A DNA stretch of 38,288 bases from an uncultured Acidiferrobacterales bacterium (GCA_964355495.1 CAYHES010000005.1:1-38288); one strand, 5' to 3'; shown: positions 20,043 to 29,989, counted from the first letter of the stretch. Numbers and translations are program-made. Notes: generated by a model from the sequence alone, not told the origin.

Positions 20043-20195
20043 TCAGAACAGGGTATAAATAAAGGGCGCCACGGCGCTGCCCTGGGCCAGGACCAGCAGG
20101 CCGCCGAGCAGCAACAGGATAATAATAATCGGCAGCAGCCAGAATTTCTTGCGTGCCTTCATGAACGCCCACAGTTCTTTCAGAAAATCGATCAT
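20043..20195 (-). CDS. SxtK-like / DUF5989 small membrane protein (50 aa)
   Basis: MIDFLKELWAFMKARKKFWLLPII...QGSAVAPFIYTLF. Confidence 0.85.
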   Translation of the reverse strand: MIDFLKELWAFMKARKKFWLLPIIIILLLLGGLLVLAQGSAVAPFIYTLF

Positions 20196-20575
20196 CAGAA
20201 TTGATTCCGCATGGATTGGGGGGTGAGTTTTTGGTCGCGCCGGACCCAGTAGCTGCCGGAACGGTTCGGGCGCATTCTCAGGAAATCCTTGCCGAACAGG
20301 CGCATGACCAGGCCGATGGGCATGACGACCACAAAAAATACGATGCCGAGGATGATGCGTGCGTTGATCCAGCCGAGCACGTGGCCGAACGCCATCCACG
20401 CCTTGTAGAGCGGCGCGAGCAGCTTCGGATAAACCAGTGCGGCCACCAGCCAGGCGCCGGCACCGGCCAGCCAGTAGAGATTCGGCGCGTGCAACGGCCA
20501 CAGCGGCCAGAAGGCCACGAGCGCGAACACGAAAGTGAAGAGAAAACCGAACTGCCGTTCCTGCTTGTGGGGCAT
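20195..20575 (-). CDS. SxtJ family membrane protein
   Basis: RQFG...P..LAPLYKAWMAFGHVLGWINARIILGIVFF...PIGLVMRLFGKD...SYW...MRNQF. Confidence 0.85.
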   Translation of the reverse strand: MPHKQERQFGFLFTFVFALVAFWPLWPLHAPNLYWLAGAGAWLVAALVYPKLLAPLYKAWMAFGHVLGWINARIILGIVFFVVVMPIGLVMRLFGKDFLRMRPNRSGSYWVRRDQKLTPQSMRNQF

Positions 20576-20677
20576 GCCGGGGGGACCTTGAAGCGACGTG
20601 GCGGATTTTAACAGGAAAATCCCGGGGTGGCGACGCTCGCTCGCGACCGCCGAAACACGGCGCAGATGGCCGCACTG

Positions 20678-21940
20678 TCAGCTTGTGAGCATCTGCCGTA
20701 CCAGCAACAAGGTCTTGGCGAGCGCGCCGCGGTTCTCCGTCACCATGCGCTGTCCGGCGGCACCGGCGGCGATGCGCACGGCGGGATTTTCCAGATAATC
20801 GGCCACGGCGTTGGCCAACTCGGCAGCATCCTGCACTTGCCGGCCGGCGCCACGTGCCAGCGCCATGCGGCTGATGTCGCTGAAATTGAACATGTGCGGA
20901 CCGAATACCACCGGGGTACCGACCGCCGCCGCTTCGAGCAGGTTCTGGCCACCGAGTGGCACCAGGCTGCCGCCGATATAAGAGACATCGGCGGCGGCAT
21001 GAAACAGCAGCAGCTCGCCCATGGTGTCGCCGAGCAGTATTGCCGTGTCGGGGGCGACGCCGTCCTTGCGCTCGCTGCGGCGCTCGACGCGCAAGCCGCG
21101 CTGCTGACAGAGTTTCGCCACGCTGTCAAAACGTTCCGGGTGGCGCGGCACCAGCACCAACAGGAGCCGGGGAATGCGCGCGCGCAGGCGCGCAAAAGCA
21201 TCCAGCACCTGTTCTTCCTCGCCGGCGCGGGTGCTGGCCGCGACCCACACCGGCCGCTCGCCAAAGCCGCTGCGCAGGGCCGCTGCCTTGGCGGCAAGGT
21301 CGGCCGGCACATCCAGTTCGAACTTGATGCTACCGGTGACTTCAACCTGTGCGGCGCCGAGCGCGCGCATGCGCCCGGCATCGTCCTCGGTCTGCGCGCC
21401 CACGCGGCTGACGTTCGCGAGCGTGGCACGCGTCAGGCCGGCGAAACGCCGGTAGCCGCGCGCCGACTTCTCCGACATGCGCACATTGGCAAGAATGAGC
21501 GGGATGCCACGCTTGTGGCACTGGTGAAACAGATTCGGCCAGAGCTCGGTTTCCATGATGATCGCCAGCGCCGGGCGGGTGCGGTTGAGAAAACGCCATA
21601 CCGCCGTGGGCAGATCGTAGGGCACATAGCAGTGCTCCACCTGCCTGCCAAAGAGTGCGTGCACTTGGTCCGATCCGGTGGGCGTCATGGTGGTGATGAG
21701 AATGCGTCGCCCGGGGTAGTGCTGCATCAGGGCACGCACCAGCGGGACCGCGGCGCGCACCTCGCCCACCGACACCGCATGCAGCCAGATACACCCGGCC
21801 TGTTCCATGACCGGGGCACAACCGAAGCGTTCGGACCAGCGGCGCCAGTAGGCCGGATTGCGCAGGCCGCGCAGGCCCAGGCGCAGCACCGCCACGGGCA
21901 GCAGCAGGTAGAGGATCAGGCTGTAGAGTAGAGTGGCCAG
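20678..21940 (-). CDS. waaA: Kdo transferase WaaA (start uncertain: CTG 21940 or GTG 21895)
   Basis: IWLHAVSVGE, TTMTPTG, PYDLP, METELWPN, VPRHPERF, GDTMGEL, GGSLVPLGGQN. Confidence 0.95.
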   Translation of the reverse strand: MATLLYSLILYLLLPVAVLRLGLRGLRNPAYWRRWSERFGCAPVMEQAGCIWLHAVSVGEVRAAVPLVRALMQHYPGRRILITTMTPTGSDQVHALFGRQVEHCYVPYDLPTAVWRFLNRTRPALAIIMETELWPNLFHQCHKRGIPLILANVRMSEKSARGYRRFAGLTRATLANVSRVGAQTEDDAGRMRALGAAQVEVTGSIKFELDVPADLAAKAAALRSGFGERPVWVAASTRAGEEEQVLDAFARLRARIPRLLLVLVPRHPERFDSVAKLCQQRGLRVERRSERKDGVAPDTAILLGDTMGELLLFHAAADVSYIGGSLVPLGGQNLLEAAAVGTPVVFGPHMFNFSDISRMALARGAGRQVQDAAELANAVADYLENPAVRIAAGAAGQRMVTENRGALAKTLLLVRQMLTS

Positions 21941-22146
21941 GGGTTATCCGGACGGCGCGGGCGCCGCAACAATAGGCAGCATGGAGAGGTTATTGTTTAC
22001 CGACCCGCCACACCGAGACCATCTCGATGCAAGCCGTTTGTGCGGATCGCCTGCGATATATATATTCTTGTGGTATCAAATATACTGTTTAACATTTTAC
22101 GGTTAACCTATCTTGCCCCACGGCCAGTGCCGCCAGAATCAGACCG

Positions 22147-23109
22147 ATGAAGAAACGATTTTCCGTCATTATTGTACACAGAAACGGGGCAGACATGCTG
22201 CTCAACACCCTGTCCGCCCTGACCCGCGCATGGGACGCGAAGCGCGACGAAGTGTTCCTGGTGGACAATAGCAGCACCGACGATTCCCTCGAACGGGTGG
22301 CCGCCGCTTTTCCCCAGACCATCATAATCCGCAACCGCTGCAATAACGGTTTCGCCCGCGCCAACAACCAGGCCATCGCCCGCGCCTCGGGTGAGTTCAT
22401 CCTGCTGCTGAACAGCGATGCCGTTATCGCGGCGGATGTACTCGAACGCTTTGAGGCCGACTTCCGGCGCGATCCGCGCATCGGCGCCATCACCGGACAA
22501 TTGCAGGATGCGGCGGGCGGCCTGCAACGCTCCTGCGGCGCTCTGCCCACCGCCCTGAACGAACTGGGGCTGGGCTTTCTGAAAAAGAAACCAGTCCCGA
22601 TAGAACGTGATGGCTTGGTCGAAACCGAAACCCTGGTCGGTGCCTGCATGGCCGTGCGCGACGCCGCCATACAGGAGGCCGGCTCGCTGGACAACGACTT
22701 CTTCTTCTATGGCGAAGATATCGAATGGAGTTACCGCCTGCGCCGGCATGGCTGGAAGGTGGTGGTCGACCCGGCTGCACGCATTACCCATATCAAGGGC
22801 GGCGCCACCCGCGGCAATCGGCGCGGCGCGCACATCGAAATGCTGCGCGCCAGGCTGCAGTTCTACCGCAAGACCATGAGCGCGCCGTTGGCGCTCTTTG
22901 TGACGCTCTTCCGTGTCCTGCGCTTGTTCATTAACTCGCTGGTTAACCTGGCGGCAATGATCCTGACGCTCGGCCTGTTGGCCAAGACGCGTGAAAAAAC
23001 GATTAGCTATTTTCTGCAACTCGCGTGGCTGGCGCTGGGCAGACCGGAACACTGGGGACTGCCGGACAAGTGCCCGCGCGGGATCGATCCCACCATGGCA
23101 AGTGAATAG
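22147..23109 (+). CDS. Glycosyltransferase family 2 (WbbL-like)
   Basis: VDNSSTDDS, NNGFARANNQAI, LLLNSD, FFFYGEDIEWSYR. Confidence 0.88.
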   Translation: MKKRFSVIIVHRNGADMLLNTLSALTRAWDAKRDEVFLVDNSSTDDSLERVAAAFPQTIIIRNRCNNGFARANNQAIARASGEFILLLNSDAVIAADVLERFEADFRRDPRIGAITGQLQDAAGGLQRSCGALPTALNELGLGFLKKKPVPIERDGLVETETLVGACMAVRDAAIQEAGSLDNDFFFYGEDIEWSYRLRRHGWKVVVDPAARITHIKGGATRGNRRGAHIEMLRARLQFYRKTMSAPLALFVTLFRVLRLFINSLVNLAAMILTLGLLAKTREKTISYFLQLAWLALGRPEHWGLPDKCPRGIDPTMASE

Positions 23110-23126
23110 CGTGCGCAAGTGAGTGA

Positions 23127-24194
23127 ATGAAGCGCATGTCTTCGAATGATCGCAGGCGAGTTCTGTGGTGGGGCCGTTTCGACCCGGACTACTCGCGCAA
23201 CCGCATTCTGCGCCAGGCATACGGCGCGCTTGGCTGGGAGGTCATCGACTTCCATCCGCTGCTGAGCGGCGGCGCCGACATCGAGGCGCTGTTGCGCCGC
23301 CTGCCCACGCCGGATCTGGTGCACGTGCCGTGTTTCCGCCAGCGTGACATCGCGGCGGCACACCGGTATGCGCGCCGTCACGGGCTGCGACTTCTGATCG
23401 ACCCGCTGATCAGCGCCTACGACAAGCAGGTCTTTGAGCGCGAGAAATTCCCTGAACACAGCACCCGCGCGGAACGCCTGCTGCGGGAGGAGCGGAAACT
23501 GTTTCAGGGCGCCGATGTCGTGCTCGCCGACACCCCCGAACACGCACACTTCTTCGTTGGAACACTCGGCGTCGCGCGCGAGAAAGTGCATGTTGTATAT
23601 GTCGGGGCCGAAGAGGCGTTGTTCACACCCGCACCGGTTCCGCGGCCACCGAACAATCCGGTTGAAGTATTGTTCTACGGCAGCTTCATTCCGTTACAGG
23701 GACCACGGGTGATCATCGAAGCCGCGCGCCTTTACCAGGGTCCGCCGGTAAACTGGGTACTGCTCGGCAACGGTCCACTGCTCGATGATTGCAAAAGGAA
23801 GGCGGCGGGGTTGCCGAACGTGACATTTGAGAACTGGTTGCCATACGCCGACCTCCCGGATCGCGTTCGGCGCGCCGACATTCTGCTCGGCGTATTCGGC
23901 ACCACCCCAAAGGCGCAGCGCGTGATCCCCAATAAGGTTTTTCAGGCGCTGGCCTGCGGTAAACCGGTCGTAACCTGCTCGGCACCAACCTATCCCGCAA
24001 AAATCAGCGAAACGGCAGCCGGCATCACGTTTGTTACTGCGGACAGGCCGGATGAATTGGCGGATGCCGTCGGTCGCCTTGCCATCAATCCAGAAAGGCT
24101 TCAACACCATGGTCGCACAGCACGTGCGCTCTATGAGCGGCATTTCTCCTTTGCGCATATTGCGCAGCAACTTGCCGGCGCATTACGCGAATAA
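23127..24194 (+). CDS. Glycosyltransferase family 4
   Basis: GT-B C-terminal features: FYGSFIPLQG, ADILLGVFG, PNKVFQALACGKPVV. Confidence 0.85.
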   Translation: MKRMSSNDRRRVLWWGRFDPDYSRNRILRQAYGALGWEVIDFHPLLSGGADIEALLRRLPTPDLVHVPCFRQRDIAAAHRYARRHGLRLLIDPLISAYDKQVFEREKFPEHSTRAERLLREERKLFQGADVVLADTPEHAHFFVGTLGVAREKVHVVYVGAEEALFTPAPVPRPPNNPVEVLFYGSFIPLQGPRVIIEAARLYQGPPVNWVLLGNGPLLDDCKRKAAGLPNVTFENWLPYADLPDRVRRADILLGVFGTTPKAQRVIPNKVFQALACGKPVVTCSAPTYPAKISETAAGITFVTADRPDELADAVGRLAINPERLQHHGRTARALYERHFSFAHIAQQLAGALRE

Positions 24195-24315
24195 TGCGTT
24201 ACCCGTGACTGCCAAATGTCTACTTCGGCAAGATGTTGTGAAACGAGCGCCGCGGATCTTTTGCTGATTGCCAGGCGGCAATGAACCACACCCTCGCGGA
24301 TTCAGGCTGACGGGA

Positions 24316-25086
24316 TTATGATTTTCCTTTTGTCATCCGATATTCAACATATTTGGCGATTTTCAAAAAACGGAAATAGGCGGAGGTAACGGCCGATATA
24401 AATCCCCACCATCCATGAAGAAATTGTCCTCTCAGGATGTAGTAACGCAGGAATTGGACGGGGAATTCAAATACCAATCTGAATTTTGAGTAGCTTTTTC
24501 CCGTCCCCATTGCTGTTTTTACCAGCTGGTCAGTAAGATCATTATATTTATGCCAGGTCTTGGCGAGGGAGATGTACGAGAAGTGATGGATTTCGTTTTT
24601 TAGCTGGATAACCCTGCAATCCTCGGCCAACACCACCCTGTCATGGGTCAATTCATCCGGCATGGATGCTTTTTTACGATTATAGAGCCGGACCAGATTA
24701 TAGTGATTCGCGAAATATCGCGGTTTCTTGTCTCCCGGGTACATCGCCGTGATTATTATCTTATAGGCATTCTGGCCCGGGATTTCTTCGGTCTTCTTTA
24801 TATCTCCAATTTCCTTGATCAGCGCTTCAGACAACACTTCATCCGCATCCAGGGATAAAACCCAGTCATAACGGCATTCGTTTTGTGCGAAGCGCTTTTG
24901 TGACGAAATATTCTTCCATTCATGAATGATGAATCTTGCCCCGCATTTTCGTGCAATCTCTTCCGTACGATCGGTGGAACCGCTGTCCACAACGAGTATA
25001 TCGTCCGCTACCTGTGATGCTGCCTTCAGGGTGTTTTCCAGTCTTTCTTCTTCATTCAGGGTGACTATATAGACTGATAATTTCAT
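24316..25086 (-). CDS. Glycosyltransferase family 2 (KdtX/WaaE/LgtF-like), AT-rich
   Basis: LSVYIVTLNEE, VVDSGSTDRT, WVLSLDADE, G..HGWWGF. Confidence 0.88.
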   Translation of the reverse strand: MKLSVYIVTLNEEERLENTLKAASQVADDILVVDSGSTDRTEEIARKCGARFIIHEWKNISSQKRFAQNECRYDWVLSLDADEVLSEALIKEIGDIKKTEEIPGQNAYKIIITAMYPGDKKPRYFANHYNLVRLYNRKKASMPDELTHDRVVLAEDCRVIQLKNEIHHFSYISLAKTWHKYNDLTDQLVKTAMGTGKSYSKFRLVFEFPVQFLRYYILRGQFLHGWWGFISAVTSAYFRFLKIAKYVEYRMTKGKS

Positions 25087-25267
25087 GGTCTGATCCTGCG
25101 CGTATTAATCGGACGTGCGGCCTGATAACTCTCTGTGCCTGGGTATTTTTCCTGACTGATCACTGACGCTGTATTGTCCTGCTTGCGTGATCAACGCCCG
25201 ATCTCGGGCACGCAGGTTGCACCTGCATAATCCGCTCTGCCTGACGCGCCACGGGCCCGTCCCGGCG

Positions 25268-25969
25268 TTACGCCTCGGGAATACGGATAATGCCGATACC
25301 AAAGCCGCACTGCTTCGGGTCGTTCACGAATTCCTCCGTGACCGCCTTGGGCTTGATCTTCTTCCACAGGTGATAGACCTGATTGGTCGCCAGCGGCTGG
25401 CTCTCGACGATGTCATGAAAGGCGATGATGCCGCCCGGACGCACGAACCCCTTGTAGTCGTCGTAGTCCGCGGTAACGCCGGACTCGGTGTGATCGCCGT
25501 CGATGAAAATGAAATCCGCCTTCTGCCCGTTGAGCGCGTGCGCCACGCGTTGCTTGAACGCCGCATCATGCGAGTTGCCGGTGAGCAAGGTCACCTTGCA
25601 GGTCGAGCCCGGCGGTGGCAAGGCTTCAAGTAGCGGACGCTGCGCGTTGCGGTGCACGAGGTCGCAGGTAATAACCTTCTCCGATGCGATACTCGACCAG
25701 ACGAGCAGCGTTCCGGCGCGCGCCGTCCCGATCTCGAGAATGATCTTCGGCTTGAGTGCCGCGACGGCCTTGGCCAGCGCAATGATTTCAGAGCGCTTCT
25801 GCATCGTGTGAATGGTGAAGTAGCCGTAACGCCCGAAGCGCATCGCCCAATCCACGGTTTCCTCGATGTTGTGCGGCGCGGCGTGATATGCCCTCAGCCG
25901 CCGGAAGGCAAAATAGCGGTTGAACGGGATGCGCAGGGTACGGCTCAGCTCTTTCAGTGTCTTCTTCAT
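25268..25969 (-). CDS. Class I SAM-dependent methyltransferase (Methyltransf_24-like)
   Basis: ILEIGTARAGT, GNSH, DFIFIDGDH, PGGIIAFHDI. Start set at ATG 25969. Confidence 0.85.
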   Translation of the reverse strand: MKKTLKELSRTLRIPFNRYFAFRRLRAYHAAPHNIEETVDWAMRFGRYGYFTIHTMQKRSEIIALAKAVAALKPKIILEIGTARAGTLLVWSSIASEKVITCDLVHRNAQRPLLEALPPPGSTCKVTLLTGNSHDAAFKQRVAHALNGQKADFIFIDGDHTESGVTADYDDYKGFVRPGGIIAFHDIVESQPLATNQVYHLWKKIKPKAVTEEFVNDPKQCGFGIGIIRIPEA

Positions 25970-25997
25970 CGATACGTCCTCGTTCGGATCGGCCGCA

Positions 25998-27272
25998 TCA
26001 TACCCGTTCCGGCACGTTTGTGTCTTTCGCGGACGGCTCTCCATCCAGGGCGGCCAGCAGCGTTGCGAACAGCAGCAGTATTACCGGGAACACCCAGTTG
26101 CCATGGTAGAGCGGCGGTTGGGTATTGAACGGAAAGAAATACACCATCAAGCCGAGCGCATAGGGCCACGCCTGGTCGCGCCTCCCCGGCGATGCCGTTC
26201 TATACCATTTCACGCACAACCCGATGGCAACAATAAGGCCAATCAGGCCCGGCAATCCGGTTTCGGCCGCCATGGCGAAATACGCTTGATGGGCGTGGTA
26301 CACATTCTCAACTGCGCCGCTACGAAACACATCGCTCTTGCGCGTAGAGAAATCATCATACGCCTTGGCGAAGGCGCCGGCACCGATACCGGTCAGTGGC
26401 CGGGCGAGCAGCATGTGGCTCGCGGTTTCCCAGATCACGGGACGATACCCGAGGGGTAAATTGATCGACTCGAAATTAAGATCCCTGACTTCGCTCATAC
26501 GTTTTATGCGCAACTGCATTTCTGGAGACAGGCTCATCGCCGTCAGCAGCAACGCGAAGGCCAGCAGCAACGAGGGTAGTTTCCAGCGCCAACGCGGCAG
26601 CTTGAGGTAGAGCCCCGCGGCGACAACCACCAGCATCACGAACACCATGCGCACCCCTCCGAGCATGGCGACAAACCCGGCGGCGGCGAAAAAGGTCAGC
26701 GTCGTGATCGTCCCCTTGCGCAACAGAAACCAGAGCGCCGCCGGCAACAGCAAGGCGATGAGCGTCGGCTGGCGCAGTGAATCCTTGAAAGGACCCAAGA
26801 CCCGAAAGTCGTCTGTGATCGAAATACCAAACAGATCCCTTCCAGAAATATACTGTACCAGGCTGTCCGCGACCCAGAACATGAGCACGAACAGGATCCA
26901 CTTCGCGAGCCACGCACGTTCGACGTCCCCGCGCAGCACCCGCAGCAATGCCAGACCCGTGAAGTAATACGCTACCAGCGCGATGGCAACATTGAATGAG
27001 TAACGCACGTCGTACGAAGCCGGAATCGATATCAGCACCGGCACCAGCAACAATGCGAACACAATAGTCAGGCGGCGCGTCGCTGGCGCGGCGAACACCG
27101 CCGCGCGCTGCTTCCACGCCAGCCACCCACCGAGCAGCGCGAGCAGCGCGGCCGGCAGGGCCGGGCCGGCGCCGTATTTGAGGCCAAAGTTGGGCATGAC
27201 CGCGACGATCAACAACGCCAGAAAAGCACCAATCTGGACGTGGGTGAGGCTCTTAACCGTCTGCCAATTCAA
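25998..27272 (-). CDS. O-antigen ligase (WaaL/Wzy_C) family membrane protein
   Basis: Multi-TM, R..IWE.A..M...RPLTGIGAGAF, HAHQAYF..AAETGLPGL. TTG start at 27272 with GGAGG RBS. Confidence 0.85.
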   Translation of the reverse strand: MNWQTVKSLTHVQIGAFLALLIVAVMPNFGLKYGAGPALPAALLALLGGWLAWKQRAAVFAAPATRRLTIVFALLLVPVLISIPASYDVRYSFNVAIALVAYYFTGLALLRVLRGDVERAWLAKWILFVLMFWVADSLVQYISGRDLFGISITDDFRVLGPFKDSLRQPTLIALLLPAALWFLLRKGTITTLTFFAAAGFVAMLGGVRMVFVMLVVVAAGLYLKLPRWRWKLPSLLLAFALLLTAMSLSPEMQLRIKRMSEVRDLNFESINLPLGYRPVIWETASHMLLARPLTGIGAGAFAKAYDDFSTRKSDVFRSGAVENVYHAHQAYFAMAAETGLPGLIGLIVAIGLCVKWYRTASPGRRDQAWPYALGLMVYFFPFNTQPPLYHGNWVFPVILLLFATLLAALDGEPSAKDTNVPERV

Positions 27273-28383
27273 AATAGACCTCCAGCGTGGAGCGCAGCAT
27301 GCGCGCAAGGGTAAAGGGGTGGGTGGTTGGCACCGCCGGAGGTTGGCGATACCAGCGTGCGAGCTTTTCTTCCGCCGCCTGCGTGTCGCCAACCGGGATG
27401 CGCCCTTCCGGAAAGACGGCGGCGAGTTGTTCGGCGACACCGCCATGATCGTAAGCCGCAACCGGCACGCCGAGGGTAAGCGCTTCGAGTGACACGCGCC
27501 CGAATGCCTCCGGGTCGAGCGACAGCGACAAGACCACGTTCGACACCGCCATGATTTCCTTCACATCAGCGCGATGACCGGTGAGTGTAATGTCTGCCTC
27601 CAGACCGGCGGCGCGCACCTGCGCACGCAACTCGTCGGCGTAGTGTTGCTTGCGCGGGTGGGCATCGCCCACCAGCACGCCGTGCACCGGCAGGCCACGC
27701 TTTTTCAGGCCGGCGATGATGCGAATCAAATCCTCCTGCCCCTTCCAGCGTGTAAGTCGCCCCGGCAAGGTAATGACGTATTTTCCTGCAAGCCCGGGGT
27801 ACTGCGCGTGCCATTTGGCGAGCCACTCGGCCGGTGGCTGGTAGCCATGCGGATAGGCTTGCGGGTCAACGCCACGCGGGATGATGCGAATAATGGCCGG
27901 ATCCACCCACGGGTAATTTTTCAGTATGTAAACGCGGATCATGTCCGAGATCGCGATGACACGCTCGCCACGCACCATCACCGACGAGTAACGCCCGGGC
28001 GTGTAGGGTCCATGCACGGTGGTGACGAGATGCGGGCGAGTCCCGGGCGGCAGACCCTTCCATGCGCGGTACCCGATCCACGCCGGCAGGCGCGAGCGCA
28101 GATGCAGAATGTCCGGCTTTTCGCGCGCCAGGAACTCGCGCACCTTCCAGATGTAGCGCAGCGTGGAGAGGCGCTTGGCGCCCACCGGCCAGGCGATATG
28201 TTCGCTGCCCTCGCGTTCGAGTTGCGCCACCAGGCGCCCACCGGCCGAGATGACGATCGAGCGGTGGCCATGGTCGACAAGATACTTGCCGACCTCGAGC
28301 GTGCCCTTCTCCACGCCACCGCTCTCCAGCGCCGGCAGCATCTGCACCACGGTCAGGCGTTTATTGCGGCGGCATGCATGCAT
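27253..28383 (-). CDS. Glycosyltransferase family 4
   Basis: QMLPALESGGVEKGT, HLRSRLPAW, PGRLTRWKGQ, PEAFGRVSLEA. Start uncertain (28383 or 28437). Confidence 0.88.
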   Translation of the reverse strand: MHACRRNKRLTVVQMLPALESGGVEKGTLEVGKYLVDHGHRSIVISAGGRLVAQLEREGSEHIAWPVGAKRLSTLRYIWKVREFLAREKPDILHLRSRLPAWIGYRAWKGLPPGTRPHLVTTVHGPYTPGRYSSVMVRGERVIAISDMIRVYILKNYPWVDPAIIRIIPRGVDPQAYPHGYQPPAEWLAKWHAQYPGLAGKYVITLPGRLTRWKGQEDLIRIIAGLKKRGLPVHGVLVGDAHPRKQHYADELRAQVRAAGLEADITLTGHRADVKEIMAVSNVVLSLSLDPEAFGRVSLEALTLGVPVAAYDHGGVAEQLAAVFPEGRIPVGDTQAAEEKLARWYRQPPAVPTTHPFTLARMLRSTLEVYFELADG

Positions 28384-28536
28384 TTGAATATGCCTTCTGG
28401 GCGAATGATTGTGCGGGGCTGACAACAAGATCGTCATGCCGCCGCAATAAACAAAATTCTTTATAGTTTTTGCTATTGACCCGGCACGACCGTACCCACA
28501 CGCAAGCCCGGCGATGCGCGTCGCGCCGACCTTCGG

Positions 28537-29457
28537 TCAAGAACAATCGTGCCGGGTCAATAGCCATTTTTCACCGATCCAAGCAGCCACCCGCGCTGCT
28601 TCATTGAAGGGCACGGCGGGAGGCGCCAGTCTGCGGCCGTGCTGCCAGTCGGCAAAGTGTGTCACGAGACCATCGCGGCTGAGCGCGGCGATGCCGCGCG
28701 CAATGCGCGATTCGCGCTTCGCCGGCACGCTGAGTACACCGGTTGCGGCGTTGGCAGTCAACGCCTCGTACATCATGGATACGCTGTCCTCCGTGACCCA
28801 CGTCTGTGCGGCGCTCGCCAGGCGTACCGCCAACCAGCCCGGACCGGTCTCGGTCACTGGCACTACCGTGAGGTTCTTGAACGTCAGCGCGCGCAGGCGC
28901 GCCGTGGTGGACGACGGCGTGCGGCGCGAGGTGGTGAGTGCCCAGTCGATGTCGTTCTCTCTGGTGACGATGGACTCGACCTGACTGAGAATTTCATTCT
29001 CGCTCCAGCCATGGTGGCGTGACGGGCCGCCAATCAGGATCAGCCCGGCACGCGCATTTTTCTTGCCCGGTTCCACCGGATTGAGTGCACCGCGCGTGGT
29101 GAGCACATTCGCGCCAGTTACAGTGTCGTGCTCCGGGATTACACACAGGTCGAACCACGCGCGCGGCAGCGACGGCTTCATGAGCACAATCGTGCGGCCG
29201 CCGTGTGCACGGCGCGCGGCCAGCAGCGGCAGATGGGTGCGGTGTCCGGCGCCGATCAGGAGATCGGGCGGCGGCAGGCCGACACCGGGCAGAAAACGAC
29301 GCGTCATGAGGCTTGAGAGTACCGATGCGTAGGCGGGGACATTAATCCAGCGGGCATCCACCGGGTGGCGGCGGGCCAGCGCGGCGAGCAGTCCGCGCGT
29401 CTGATTTTCGTGGCCGGCCTTGCCGTCGGTGAAGGCCCAGATTACTACTGGCCGCAT
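28537..29457 (-). CDS. ELM1/GtrOC1 family protein (LPS-cluster associated)
   Basis: DGKAGHENQ..GL, PDLLIGAGH, FDLCVIPEHD, LIGGPS, TTSRRTP, VTEDSVSM..EA. Confidence 0.85.
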   Translation of the reverse strand: MRPVVIWAFTDGKAGHENQTRGLLAALARRHPVDARWINVPAYASVLSSLMTRRFLPGVGLPPPDLLIGAGHRTHLPLLAARRAHGGRTIVLMKPSLPRAWFDLCVIPEHDTVTGANVLTTRGALNPVEPGKKNARAGLILIGGPSRHHGWSENEILSQVESIVTRENDIDWALTTSRRTPSSTTARLRALTFKNLTVVPVTETGPGWLAVRLASAAQTWVTEDSVSMMYEALTANAATGVLSVPAKRESRIARGIAALSRDGLVTHFADWQHGRRLAPPAVPFNEAARVAAWIGEKWLLTRHDCS

Positions 29458-29463
29458 TTTACG

Positions 29464-29762
29464 CCCTCACCCCACCCCGCAAGCGGGGAGAGGGAACTGG
29501 AGTTAGTCATGCAGGGTGCGTTCCACGCACCGGCCGTAGTGCGGTGCGTGGAACACACCCTGCGGACTTTCGACTCTCGACTAAAATAGGGGCGGCGAGC
29601 GGAGCTGCTTGTGGTGGGCGATGCCCACCCTACAAACTCCCCGTCCCTCTCCCTGAGGGGGAGGGGGTCGTGACGTATGTGGAATGCGGGGTTGCGTGGG
29701 GAACGACCCACCCTCTCCCCATCCCTAGTGAATGAAGCCCCATTCACTAGGGAGAGGGGGAG
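29464..29762. repeat. Cluster of REP-like palindromes from several families
   Basis: CCCTCACCC...GGGGAGAGGG, inverted pair GCAGGGTGCGTTCCACGCACC (29511-29563), GTAG REP at 29611-29638 and CTAGTGAATG hairpin at 29723-29752. Confidence 0.8.
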
Positions 29763-29776
29763 TATGTGAAAGTCCA

Positions 29777-29989
29777 TTATTTGGTTTGCTTGAGTACGTA
29801 CAGCGCTCCGCAGTACGGGCAGCGCGCCTCGCCCGTTTCTTCGATCGGCAGAAAAACGTGCGGGTGCGAATTCCACCGGCTCATGCCCGGCATCGGGCAA
29901 TGTGCCGGCAGTTCGGCGCGCGTTATTTCGTAGCGATTCTGCGCGTTGGCGGGAATCTCTTTCGTTTTGCTCGGTTGTACACTTGCCAT
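29777..29989 (-). CDS. zf-CHCC zinc-finger protein
   Basis: HCP...WNSHPHVFLPI...ARCPYCG. Confidence 0.85.
   Translation of the reverse strand: MASVQPSKTKEIPANAQNRYEITRAELPAHCPMPGMSRWNSHPHVFLPIEETGEARCPYCGALYVLKQTK

Noticed and set aside
18140-20575. Saxitoxin biosynthesis
   Set aside because: Only I/J/K-like homologues are present. There is no sxtA, sxtG or other core gene in the window.
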